Origin: Saprolegnia diclina VS20
Lineage: Eukaryota
Assembly: GCF_000281045.1 (NCBI RefSeq)
Contig: NW_008246110.1
Location: forward strand, 197,354-245,011
Reading direction: 5' to 3'
Length of the DNA: 47,658 nt
The position numbers were made by a program, and so were the translations under genes. This document shows positions 21,840 to 33,820 of the stretch, one piece after another. A model generated the notes under the pieces. It worked only from the letters and a program-made list of their open reading frames with translations, did no database searches and had not been told where the DNA came from. The first letter of the stretch is position 1. Each line of letters begins with the position of its first letter.

Positions 21840-22822
21840 ATGGCAGGTCCGTCGGTCTTGGCTCCGAGGATCGATCCAACGATGGCCTGTAGACGAGTCC
21901 ATCGAACGCGTCCTCACGGTCATCAACCAGTGCTTTGCCTTTGCGATCCCGCCCCAGTCGTCGGCTGCGGGCCACCGGTGCGATACATCACCGAAATAGA
22001 TCTCAGCCTCATGCGTACTAGCGCCGACTCGTGGCCCAAGGACCCGGTCTGGACTGGTCGCCTCGTCATCTCGGTGGTCAACGACGTGACGCAAGTCCAG
22101 CTCCGCGATCCCAAGACAGGCACCAGCACGTGGGCGGACATCTGAGATCTGATATCTGGGATGCAGGTGGCCTCTTTGCGGCTTGCCCCATCTTGAAGGA
22201 CGGGACGCCCTCGGTGCAAAAAGGTGCGGGCGAAAGCGGTCTCGGAATTGCTCATGGAGGCGTCTAGTCGTCGATAGCAGCCGCTACTTTGTGCTGCGCA
22301 TCGTCGACGCCAAGTCGGGTAGGACAAGCCGCTACCGACGGGCGTCTCACGCGACGGCGGTAGGGCGCCACGCGTTCATCGGCATTGCGTTCGAAGATCG
22401 CAACGACGCGTTCGACTTCAACGTGGCGATCGACGACCATCAAAAGTACTTCGCCATCATTCATGTACACGCGAGACGATGCAATATGGTAGCGAGATGA
22501 AGCGCGAAGAAAATGCGATCGCCGAGGCCAGCTCCAAGCCCGCGGTCGCCGTCGACTACTCGCTCAAGCAAGGCCAAACAATCAAAATCAAACTCAACAA
22601 GAAGACTAAGGAATTCGACCCGAGCCCGAGTCCGGCACCGGTCCAGCCGTTCGCGCAAGCATCGAGCAGCGCCAGCGGTAGCAAGAACGCAGACCTCCTG
22701 GGCTTCGGTGCCTTTGACGCACCTGCGTCCAGCACACAGTGCGCTCGCCACCAAATCTTCTCGGACCTCACACTTAATGTGCATCTAGGCAGGCAGCGCC
22801 GAGTACGTGGGAGACCTTCTAG
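21840..22822 (+). CDS. NECAP: Adaptin ear-binding coat-associated protein (NECAP); multi-exon
   Basis: Contains [70 protein letters not shown] and C-terminal WETF (WxxF motif). Confidence 0.92.
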
Positions 22823-22892
22823 TTCCAACCACATCTGGACGACAAGACACGAAACCAAAACAACAAGCTTTCCAGACGTCGTCGGTCGTCGT

Positions 22893-23982
22893 TTACGCGC
22901 GCTTGTCGCCGTTCCACTTGTAAAAGCCTTCGCCCGTCTTGCGGCCGAGCTTGCCTTCCTTGACCTTTTGGCGGAGGAGCGACGGGACCTCAAAGACAGG
23001 CTCGTTCGGGTACTTGGTGGTCCAGCCCTCGAGGATAAAGAGGATCGTGTCGAGGCCGACGTAGTCCGCGAGCGTGATGGGACCCATGGGGTGGCCGGCG
23101 CCGAGCTGCATCGAGACATCAATGTCTTCCATCGACGCGTCACCGCGTTCGAGGAGGAAGAGCGCCTGCGCGAGGTTGGGCACGAGCAAGCTAGACCGCG
23201 GACATGAGATCACACTAGGAGCGAGTGGCGTCTACCGGTTGACGATGAAGCCGGGCGTGTCCTTGCAGCTCACGGGCGTCTTGCCGAGCGAGGCCGCCCA
23301 GCGCTTCGAGACGTCAAAGACGGCCGGGTCTGTCTCCTTGGTCTGGACGACTTCGACGAGCTTCATGACCTGGACAGGGTTGAAGAAGTGGAGGCCGACC
23401 TGCGTGTAGCACCGTGAGCTTCGTGCACCGCAGGTAGAAGGTAGATGACGTACGACTTGCGACGGGCGGCCCGACGAGCCGGCAAAGTCGCCGATCGAGA
23501 GCGACGACGTGTTGGAGGCCAAGATACCCGAGGGCTTGACGATGCCGCCGAGCTCCTTGTAAAAGGTCTTCTTGATCTCGACGTCTTCGATGATCGCCTA
23601 CGCATGAGGATGAGATTGCAATGCACAATCGATCCCAAGCATGTACCTCGATGACGAGGTCGCACTCGGCGAGGTCCTTCTTGACGACCGAGCCGTGGAT
23701 ACGGCCCATGACAGCGGCAAACTCGTCCTTGGCCTGGTCCGCAGTCCACTCGCCCTTCTTGACGTGGCGGGCGCCGATCTTCTCGAGCGAGCCCTCGATG
23801 CGCGCAAGGCCAGCGTCGAGCGACTTTTGCGTCACGTCGAGCGCAACGACGTCGTAGCCGGCCATGGCCGCGGTCTGCGCGATGCCATGGCCCATGAGGC
23901 CGAGGCCCACCATGCCCACGCGCGTGATCTCCGGGATCGTCTTGGTCGCCATCGACCGCATGCCCGTCTTCATCATCATCAT
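22893..23982 (-). CDS. HADH: 3-hydroxyacyl-CoA (3-hydroxybutyryl-CoA) dehydrogenase, probably mitochondrial; multi-exon
   Basis: Motifs GLGLMGHGIAQ (Rossmann), ASNTSSL, GLHFFNPV, DTPGFIVNR, GHPMGP and LGRKTGEGFY. Confidence 0.95.
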
Positions 23983-25023
23983 CGTCTTGCCTGTTTACTT
24001 GACAGCCCCAATCCAAAAGTGGGGTTGATGCAACACGCCGACAGATTGTTTAAAACACATTTTGCACTGCCACCAACGGTTTAAAACAAGCACCAGATGG
24101 TCCAAGTTGAACTTGGATTCTGGCGCGAATCTTCCAGGCGAGGCTCGGATGGCGGGGATGATATTGCTCTTTGTTTGGTATTGTCAATAGTCTACATATT
24201 GCAAAAGCATATACTGTCCAGAGATAAAGCACAATGCGGCTGCTACGGGGTTCATGTTGCTGTTTTCTATTGGCTGTTCTGCGAGGAGGTGGCGTCCGAT
24301 GGCCTCTCAGCGCGGTCGTTCGTCGTGTGCTCTTGCAAAACGCGCTGTTATGTTTTGGTACATGGCTATTTCTCGAGTAGTGCGTGCACACGTGCTATCC
24401 TTCGCTTCGTTTTTGCCTAGCGTATGGAGGACAAGATCACAACAAAATGTACCTCGTTCGGTGACCGAGAGGTGGATTTTCATAGTAAAATCAACTGATA
24501 AAAGCAAACTACCTATACACCACTTGGTTTCCGCTGTCTGCCTGGGACCAGGCGTGACTCGTTCGTCCAACACGACGCAGAACCCCAAGACACCGTCAAG
24601 GTCGGAACACAATTGCGTTATTTTTCAAATATCCTATGCTTTTGTATGGTTGCTGGCTAGCATCACCCAGCCAAGGTGCGGCAAATCGCGATTGGGCATT
24701 TATTGAATGAAAACAGCCAATGGCATCGCTGTATTTAACCCAGATACAGCTAAGCGTTTGTTCGGATGTCGTCCAGCACCCGGTGCGATCGCTCCACATT
24801 GGGCGTGGCCTGTCGGAACATTATTGTATTGCATTCGCGTTTATAGCTAGAGTTGAATGCACTGTGAATCGGACCTCGCTATCCGAGCTTCTCGACATCA
24901 ACGAGACAGTCCACCGCCTTCCAACGGTGCAATCTCGCGTGGCACCAACGGGATTCTGTTTGCTTTCGGTCGTTTTGGCCAACGCTAACACGCTGGCAGA
25001 GCTCAATTGTGCTTGTTTCGAGG

Positions 25024-26205
25024 ATGCAGACGGCCCACGGAGCAATTCCCTTTCTCTTGCAGTCGGCGATGAGCGAGACGCAATGCGTCTACGTCGGCGC
25101 TGGTCCTTTTGATCCGCCGCGCCTCGTCGACATGACAGCAGTCGAAGGCTCACAAGGAGAGTGGCTCTTTGACGGCAAGCGGCTGCGGTGCGCTAAGGAT
25201 CTTTCTCGGTGCTAGAGCGTCGACGACAGTCCGAAAATCCTGGCCACGCACGCCATTTACTTGGACGCAGTTCGCCTTGGGTCGCAACCGGCGCAAGAGT
25301 GGTGCTGGACAGGCAAGCTCTTCATCTCGGTCTTGTTCCCGACCGCGTGCATCCAACTGAACGTGGTCACGTCGCCGTTGCCTGCGTCGACGCGCTGCGT
25401 TCTCGGCGACGTTCGCGCTGGCAAATACCCGCCGCAGGAGTGGACCATGGTGTTTCTCATCCAAGACACTGTTGTGACGCCGAAGACAGGAATCGTCCCG
25501 CTCACCTCTCTCTCGACGATGCAAGTGTATCAGCTGCTCTCGGCCCTCGAGTTTGACCAGTACAAACAGCGCCTTTGGAAGGCCAGTATCAACGGCCACG
25601 CGCTCGCGTGCTGTGCCACTGTCGACGAACTCGTTGAGCTCGGTATTGACCTCAAGCTCAAGGCACGCTCGCTCTGGCAGTCGCTGCAATCGTTCCAGGC
25701 CGCTGGCGTGCCTGTCGCTCTCTTTGAGCACGCCCCGCGGCCCAAGTGTGCGTACCGCTTCCAGTCGGTCAAGCACCCGGCGCTGTGCTTGCAGCTGCAG
25801 AGCGGCACCGGCGCGAGCCGCAACGGCGACCGGTGCATTTTGGGCACGACCAAGGCGACGCTCTTTCCAGCCCAAGCGTGGATCTTTGAGGGCAAGTTGA
25901 TCTACTCGGCCAAGGACAAGGCTAAGTGCATTCACCTGAACGAGCACGGGAAGACGTTCAACGGCGACATTTGCCACCTCTGGGAGGTCGAGCGCAAGAA
26001 GCCGTGGGCTAACCAGGAGTGGCTCTTTGACGGCAAACTCATCCGGTCGGTCAAGGACCCGACCAAGTGCATCCGCCTCCAGAGCGGCGACAAGCCGCAT
26101 GTGGGTGCCGGAGACTTTTGCCACTTGTGGGACATTGTCTACGATGGCCCGTTTCCCGCCCAGGAGTGGACGCTCGTGCGCGACGAGCACGTCCGTGTCG
26201 ACTGA
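25024..26205 (+). pseudogene. Ricin-B-like repeat / SAM-like domain gene interrupted by an in-frame TAG (25213-25215)
   Basis: QxW-type repeats (GEWLFDGK, QEWCWTGK, QEWTMV, QAWIFEGK, QEWLFDGK, QEWTLV) flank a SAM-like segment (VYQLLSALEFDQY..INGHAL..ELVELGI). ORFs 25009-25215 and 25261-26205 share one frame separated only by the TAG. Confidence 0.6.
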
Positions 26206-26341
26206 GTACATTCTAGTCGCTGGGTGTCACCACAGATTATGTACTAACACAAACTAACTACTAGTATTGGTAACACGCCAAGTGTTTGTACCGTGCACAA
26301 TATACCGCCTCTGGTCCAAGTCTAAAATTGGCTCGCATAGC

Positions 26342-28411
26342 ATGGGCTGGGACACGAAGCTCCAAGCGCTCTTCAAGAACGAAGAAGTCTGGGACGTCGA
26401 TGACAGCGACGACAGCATCATCCGCGAGCTCGCCAAGGCGGCCGACCAAGGCGTCGACGTCGTCGGCGTCACGGACGAGGTCGCACGTCGCTCCAACTCC
26501 TCGGCATCATGGTTTCTTCGATGAAGTAGGCGCTGAATACGTTTACGCACCTCGCCGCGCTCTGGGATCGACCGCGCGTGCTCGAGTTTCTCATCCGCCG
26601 CGGCGCCGAGCTCAACGCAACCAACAAGGTCGGCCACACGCCCGCGGATCTGGCCATGCACTGGGGCAACGCCGACTTGGCGATTCAGCTCAAGCACTAC
26701 GGCGGCAAGCACAGCTGCGAGCAGGAGCGGGATCTCGCGATCGCGCAGCGCGACATTGCCGCCAGCCACGTCGCGGACGCCAAGAGCAAAATGGAAAAGG
26801 CGCTCGCCGAAGCGCTGGCCTTGTCGAAAGAGCGCGAGGGTCTTCGCATTGAGCGCGATCGGCTGGTCGTCGAGATGGATGAGCTCTCGCACGACGCCGC
26901 CCAAGTTCGCGCCGACTGCGTCACGTACCGCACGCTCTTTGAGACGCAAGAGGCGCAAATGAGTGCGCTCAAGCTCGAGCTCGAGAAGGTCCGGTCGCAG
27001 ATGAGTGCCGAGGTGAAGACCAAGACGAACGCGCTCGAAGGCTGGACCAAGGCCGAAGCGCATGCAAAGGAGATGCAGCGCATGCGCGAGATCGCCATGC
27101 AGTGCGAGGAAGAGGCCGTCAAGATGCGCGACGAAGCCATGGCCGAGCGCGACGCAGCCCGCGACCTCGTACTGCCACGTCATGTTATCCGGATGACCTC
27201 CAACCTTGGGTTAGATGACGCAAGCGCAGACGGACCATGTCGTCGCCGTGACTGTACAAAAGCAAGCAGCGCTCGAGCGCGCCTTGGCCATCAAGGAGAA
27301 GAACGAGGCGCTGGCGACGATCCAGGCGCAGATTGCCGAGTGGTCGGCCAAGGTGAGAGCGGCCGAGGAAGACCGCGCCATGATCCAAGTCGAAATCAAC
27401 CGGCAAAAGGTACACAAACGAGGGACTCCTATATGTTTAATACGAGGTATAGGCGAGCTTGGAGGCGCGCTGCAAGGCGCTTGAGAAGGAGGTTGCACGC
27501 GTGAACCTCCTCAACACGATCCTCGAGGGCCAGCTGCGGGATGCCACTACGAAGCTCTCAACAGCCGAGAGCACGACCGAGTCCTCTGTTGTCGCGATGG
27601 AGAAATCGACGCGCAAGGCCAAGCGCCTCGAGAACGAGATCAAGGAGCTCATGGAGGCGCGCGTCGAAGAGAAGCGGCTGTGGCGCTTCAAGGAGTCGCA
27701 GGCGCTCCACGAAGAGTCGCAAGCCAACATGCAGCTGCTGCTCCAAGCGGCGTTGCGGCTCTGGAAGAAGCTCAGCGACTTGGAGTGGATCTTTGCGTTT
27801 GTGACGCACCCGAACGAGAGCCTCCTCGTCGAGCCCGAGACACCCCCCAAGCCCCTGCTGCGCCGCCCAAGCACAACCAAAGAGACGCTGCATCGCATGT
27901 CGGCGCCGACGCTGTCGCCACTGCCCGCGCTCGCACCGATTGAAACCAAAGTGTCCATCAAGTTTACAGGTACACATTGTTCTCTTCATGCAGGACTCTA
28001 TCTAAAGATGGCTAGAAAAACTCCACTCGATCCAAGCCAAGGTCGTCGAGTGGACCAAATGGTGCGTGAGCAGCTTGGACGAGGGCGTGCGCTGGGACAA
28101 GGCGCTCTTGGCGCAGTCGGCCCAAAACATCGAGTGCCTCCTCACGGTTGCCGACGGCCTTTTTGACTTTTTGGCGGTCGCGATGAAGGACAAGTGCGTC
28201 GAGTTTCGGTAGGTCAAATTTTGTGTTTTGCCGCTTTTTCAGCGAGGTTTTTCGATCATTTTTATATTTTCGTAGAAAGCACTTGGAGATGCAGGCCAAG
28301 GCTGTCGAGCGCAAGGACATGCTTCTCAAGCGATTTACGCAGCACCGCGAAGAGCACGTCAAGAAGACGCGCGCGCTACACTTTCGCGAGTGCTCGTACG
28401 GTCCCTGCTAG
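26342..28411 (+). CDS. Ankyrin-repeat and coiled-coil protein; multi-exon
   Basis: Ankyrin motifs LHLAALWD..LEFLIRRGAELNATNKVGHTPADLA followed by long heptad-rich E/K/A segments. Confidence 0.8.
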
Positions 28412-28516
28412 TACACTACGTTTAAACTTACAAATACTAGAAACGACTCGGGAGCTTGTGCTGTGTACACAATGACACAGTGTTTGATCGAAAAGACTAG
28501 AAAAAGAGAGCATTGA

Positions 28517-31500
28517 TTATGTATCCGAGATGGCGCGAATGGCGCGGATGAGGTCGTGGAGGTCGACTTCGGTCGTGACGGCAATCACTCGGCGGCCTAC
28601 ACCACCATCATACGAGTATGTCAAGCGGCAAGGACTGTTGCGTACGGCCGTCGGGGGCGTCCAAGAGGTGGCGACGATGGACGTTGAAGATCGCAATCGG
28701 GTACGTGTCCTTGGGCGATGACGCCAACTCGGCTTTGGTGCATTTTTCAACCGTCGACGAGAGCAAAATGTGGCCTTTCGGGGATACGCCGTGCTTGGCA
28801 TCGTCCATCGTCTAGCATGTATAACATCGCTAGATACCGCATCAATGGATAGTCGTGTCGTACGTTCCAGTACTCGAGCTTGCCGTTGCGAATCGCGGCG
28901 TACCGGTGCTACCGACACGACAATCTGAGATCTGAGTCACCAAGAATCTGGTCGTACGGCCCAGCCCACAAAGAGGTTTTCGCCGCGCTTCCAAATGTGG
29001 CCTGCCCAGTCGGCTTGGAGCTTGGCCTGCGCCGACGAGTGCTCCTTCTCGCGCAAATACGCTTGGTTTTCAAACCGAAACATCTAATGTCCAGTGGTCT
29101 ACATCAATATAAACAATGCGTATCGGCGTACCTTTTGCTCGTCCATGTCGCTTGGAAACGTCGAGATGAAGTTCCAGACGCGAATTACGTCGCCGTCAAT
29201 GAGCCGGCGGTCGCAGAGCCGATGGAACCGGTTCGTAAACTAGAGACAATAATATATGTACACTGAGTGGCACAACGGTCCTACCTTGCGCGTGATTTGA
29301 TACACAACAAAGTACTTGGCCGGCACCACGGACGTGACAACGATCCCCAGCAGCACCGCGAGCAAGACGAGCGCCGTCTTGCGCGGGTGTGTCCACAGAA
29401 ACACGTTCTTGATCTTCTCGAGGAGGTCGCACACTTTGCCGATCTCGTGCTGGATCGTACGCGCCACGTTGCGCGCCATGTGGTACTTCTCCACGAACGA
29501 GAGCGACTTGGCGTTCTCGATCTCCATGACCGAGTAGAGCGCTTCGCTCGCGAGACGCTCCTTCCAGCCCACGGGTTTCGTCGGGTCCCGGAGCGTGAGC
29601 TGCATCCGAACCGTTAGACTTGGCAATTCGTCGCCCTCGACGTCGGTTAACGGTGTATTGAGCAGGGGCATGGCACGCTCGACCTCGACTTGGGGCCCAC
29701 CGACGCGACTGCTCGTCACAAGGTCCTTGATCGGGTAGCGTACTTGACCGAGGAGCTTTCGGCTCGTCATTGCGTTCTCCTGCACCACGTCGAGGCGGAG
29801 GATGCCCGGACAGGCCTCCCACGGCACGAGCTCTTCGAGTTCCGTGACGGGGTTGATGCGCACGGGCTGCAGAATCGGGTACTTGAAGGCGTGTAGGTCC
29901 ACCGAGCCGTCGTCGCGCTTCCACGCTTCCTCCACGTCATGGAGGACAGCTATCAAATCGCTCCTTTACCCTGGTCGACACAGTGAGAAAAGGTTACCGT
30001 CCTTGGCGTGCGGACTCAGGTGGGTGAAGAGCTCTTTAAACCAATTGTTGTTGAGAAGACAAATGTCGCCCGCGTCGTCGCGGCCATACTCGGGACTGCG
30101 GCTCCCAAGCACCGAGTTGGTGCGCGCAACGAGGCGGGGCGGCAGCTCCTTAAAGTGCGGCTCGTAGTACAGCTCGACGTGCGTGTCGAGCGGCCGCAGC
30201 GCGTCCTTTTGCTTCATCTCGCTCCACTTGGCTTCGACCAGGTTGGCCGCGCACCGGGGCACAACGTGGAGCGTCGCGATCGACCGAAAGAGCTTCATTT
30301 GAATCTCATCCGGGTCGTACTCGGTCCACGTCCTCTGGATGCCGCCACCCGCGTAGCGTATATAGTTGCCAATCAAGAGCGCAGCGACGCCGAGAAGCAG
30401 CACGAGCGGAGCGTGCGACGTCGGAAAGTAGAGCACGCCGAGCGTCGAGCCGACCCAGAGGCTCAGCGTGAGCAGCGGGTTCCGCCATTCGAGGATCTCA
30501 CGCATCTGCAGCTTGGCACTCTACCCGCGGCATTGCCATTCAGCAAACTGAACAAAAGGCCACGGACCTGGGCGACGCTAAAGAGCAAGTCGAGGCGCTC
30601 AATGTTGCGCTTGATGATGTCGCCCTTGAACTCGATTTCGTCCTGTCGCACGAACGTCGCGTCGTCGTGCAGCTCTGGTGAAAAGATCGCGCCGAGGTTC
30701 TCGACGTACTCGACTTGCAGCTGGACAAGGCCGACGTCGTCGTCGCCTTGGCGCAGCACGACCCACTCGAAATGCGGCGCTGGTGGCTGTCGGCCCGGCC
30801 CCAGAATCGGCGGCGGCGGGGACCACACGTGGCGCCGTGCGCCGGCGCGCTGGAGGATCTCAAACGTTCCGAGCGAGAGACTGCCATAGCGCACCTAGAA
30901 ACACTCTGCAATGCATCGAAACGAATATGGGTGTGTACCGCCTGCTTGCCACTCTGGAGCTTGGTGAGGTTGGGCGTCGCCGCCAGCGCCATTGGCTTGA
31001 GGACTTCGAGACGCAGCTCCGAGTGGATGCTCTCGACGCTAAAGCGCTTCTTGTACACGACCGCCATGCCGTCGGGCGACCGCACGTAAATCTCCTTGAC
31101 GTTCTCTTCGAACGCGACGCTCAGAACCGGGTCAAAGTCCGGGACGTAGACGAGCGAATGGCCGTCAAGCTTGGAGCACTGCGGGCCGCAGATGTGCAGG
31201 CCTTTGATGTGCAAGGAGAGATGGCCGCGCGGCGGCGGCTTGGCCAACGCCTCGGGCGCCAGCGCCGGCACTGGTTTGGTCTTCTTGGGTGGCCCCCGCG
31301 GCTGCAGGAGCGACGACGACGGTCGCACTTTTGCTGCGCTCGATGCCATTTCACTCACGGTCGGGTGAAAGCAGTACGAGAGCAGTAGCTTGGGCGCAGA
31401 GCCGTCGTCGTCGGCGTTGCCACTCGACGACTCGAGTGGTACCCACTCCTCGGTCGTCACACCCGCGGCGACAATCGCCCCCGAGACCGGAATCCGCGCG

Positions 31501-32459
31501 CGCCCGAGCGCTGGCGTCGGTGCGTCCAAGACGTGGACGCTCACGTCCAGCACCAGCGTTCGGAGCGCGCCGTCCGTGTGCTTGAGCTTCATGATCGTGT
31601 CCCAGCGCCCCGACGTACTGCCGTGCGTCGTGCTTATGCGCGCATACGGCTGCAGCTGGACCGAGACGGCGATGTGGCGCTGAAGCGTTGCTTCGTCGAG
31701 GCCTTCGGCGCGGAGGACCACAATCGAGAAGAGGCCGCAGCGCGACAGCTTTGCCTTCATGCTGCCGTGGACGAGCGACGCCATCCTACAATGCACTGGC
31801 TGCAGCCGATTCAGTTGAGATGCAGCTACGTACGACATGGCGCGCTCGCTCACGGACGGCGGGGCGGCCGTGTACGGGCGTGCTTCGAGCACGTCACCAT
31901 TGGCAATGTCATCGCCGGCAGGGTTAAAGTAATAGAGATCTTATGCCATTCGATAAGGTACACAAAGATGGAAGGGACGTACCGCGGTTCGAGCGGCGGT
32001 GGCGGAGGCCAATGATCTCGTTCTTGTCGCCGCCATGCTCGATCTCGAACCGCGTCTGCGCTGCATGGACGAGCGTCTGGACATAGTCGATCGCTTCAAA
32101 CTGGAGCACAATCTCCTTGGCCTTGACGACGACCGTGCACGTGAGCACTACGTGTCGGTTCAGCCTGCAGCGCATAGCTTACGAGTACAACGTACGCTGC
32201 GCCGGCGGAAGCAGCGCTGCGAGCTGCGGGCGGCGCAATGACGGGCTCTTGGGCTCCATGCTACTGCGGCCAGACAACCAACCCCACAAATGGTTTTTGT
32301 TGTCATCGGTTTCAGCGTCCGGTTTCACAAGGACACTTGCGGCGTCTGGTGGTGCTGCCAAGGTGCTCGACCACGAGCTCTTATCGCGTTAGCTCCGCCC
32401 TTGTGTCGACGGACGCCGTGCGAACCAAAGCAGCTCGACGCGCCGACGGCAAGGTACAT
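28517..32459 (-). CDS. Multiple C2 and transmembrane domain protein (MCTP-like) with C-terminal PH-like domain; multi-exon, start uncertain
   Basis: C2-like segments IVVLRAEGL..PYARI..LGRARIPV and ILRLDVVQE..LLGQVRYPI; TM hairpins LEWRNPLLTL.. and KNVFLWTHPRKTALVLL; PH-like GHIWKRGE..GW..RYAAIRNGKLEYW..PKGHILL. Confidence 0.75.
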
Positions 32460-32559
32460 GCTCTGACCAGTGTACTGGCCGTGACGGCCGTTGGGTTCGA
32501 AAATCGAAGCTGCTCGTGGAGACATCGATGACGTCGAGCACTCCAGCGGTTGACACGTC

Positions 32560-33753
32560 ATGGCTCTCTTGGATGGCACACTGTGGCGACGGGTGCTGGA
32601 CCGATACTTTGACTGCGTTGGCCGCCAGTGTGACGCTCTTTCGCGCAGTGACGCGCCGTATCTCGCCATCACCGCGCAGTACACGTCGTGCATCACCTCG
32701 TGCGCGGCCGCCGAGACGATCGCCACCACCAACGACATCCGCGACGAGCTCACTGCCATCGCTGCTCTCGGGTACGACGAGCTCGCTAGCGTCCGACGGT
32801 ATCTTGCCGGTGACGACGACGCGTGGCCAGCGTCGCACCCTGCCGTCTACGCCGAGAACGCCAGGGTCCTCCCCACCGACTATTTTGTGCCATGGGAATC
32901 TCTCCTCGTACCAATTCCAGTCGGCAGCCTCCAGCTCTGGACAACAGCGACAGCGTATCTTGAAGCTTGTGTCGGCCACCGCAAGGACCAAGAGATCTGC
33001 GACGCACCGACCGTGCAGACCGTACTGCGGGCGTCGCGCAGAGTGTCGATCGTCGCCCCCCACATGGCGCCCTTCGCACCCCCCGGACACCCCAACACGG
33101 TCCTCAACCCTCTCGCCCATGTCGGTCCGCGCCATGTCTGCGTCGCCTCTCACGGGTCTCTTCAACTCTACAAACTATGGGGCGCCGACAACGACTGCGC
33201 GCCCGACGTCGTCGACGGCGGCCTTCCAGTCGAGTACCGTCGTCATCAACTCCCGCCCAATGTCTGGACCCTCGGGCCCATGGAGGCCAACGGGACCGAA
33301 TGGCCCGCGCCGGCCGCCTACACGTACTGCGGCACCGAGCAGTACGCAGCGTATCTCGAGCGCGAGCTCTTTGGCGATTGCGCCATGGCGCCGGCGTCAC
33401 TCCAGTGTTTTGTGTCGCTGTGGAGCCGGCGCGCCGACTGCATGGCATCGGTGCTGAACGTCCATCTACTGCTGTCGCACCGCCCCAACGCCTTTGTGGC
33501 GACGATCGGGCAGTCGGCCGGCGTCCTCACGGGTTTCTATCGCTGCGAACACGACATCTCGCGCGCATCGATCGCCCGAGGCGCTCCCAACGCGCTCACG
33601 ACGTCGTCGCTGCTGCTGCAACGCCATGTCAGTGGCCTCTCCTTCACCGTCTGCATGGGCGGTAGTCTGCTCCTTCTGGCACTGCTCTTCGCGGTGCAGC
33701 GGTCTCGTCGTCGCCCCGTCGACGAGAATGACGTTTACCTTGCGCTGCTCTAA
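32560..33753 (+). CDS. Hypothetical Cys-containing protein with C-terminal TM (397 aa)
   Basis: Long ORF with host-like codon usage, occupying the gap between two recognisable genes; C-terminal hydrophobic FTVCMGGSLLLLALLFAV followed by RSRRR. No family recognised. Confidence 0.65.
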   Translation: MALLDGTLWRRVLDRYFDCVGRQCDALSRSDAPYLAITAQYTSCITSCAAAETIATTNDIRDELTAIAALGYDELASVRRYLAGDDDAWPASHPAVYAENARVLPTDYFVPWESLLVPIPVGSLQLWTTATAYLEACVGHRKDQEICDAPTVQTVLRASRRVSIVAPHMAPFAPPGHPNTVLNPLAHVGPRHVCVASHGSLQLYKLWGADNDCAPDVVDGGLPVEYRRHQLPPNVWTLGPMEANGTEWPAPAAYTYCGTEQYAAYLERELFGDCAMAPASLQCFVSLWSRRADCMASVLNVHLLLSHRPNAFVATIGQSAGVLTGFYRCEHDISRASIARGAPNALTTSSLLLQRHVSGLSFTVCMGGSLLLLALLFAVQRSRRRPVDENDVYLALL

Positions 33754-33820
33754 CACTAGGTTTTATCTCTTACACGAATGAAGATTATGAATAAGGCTGC
33801 GTTGGTACTTTGAGGATACC

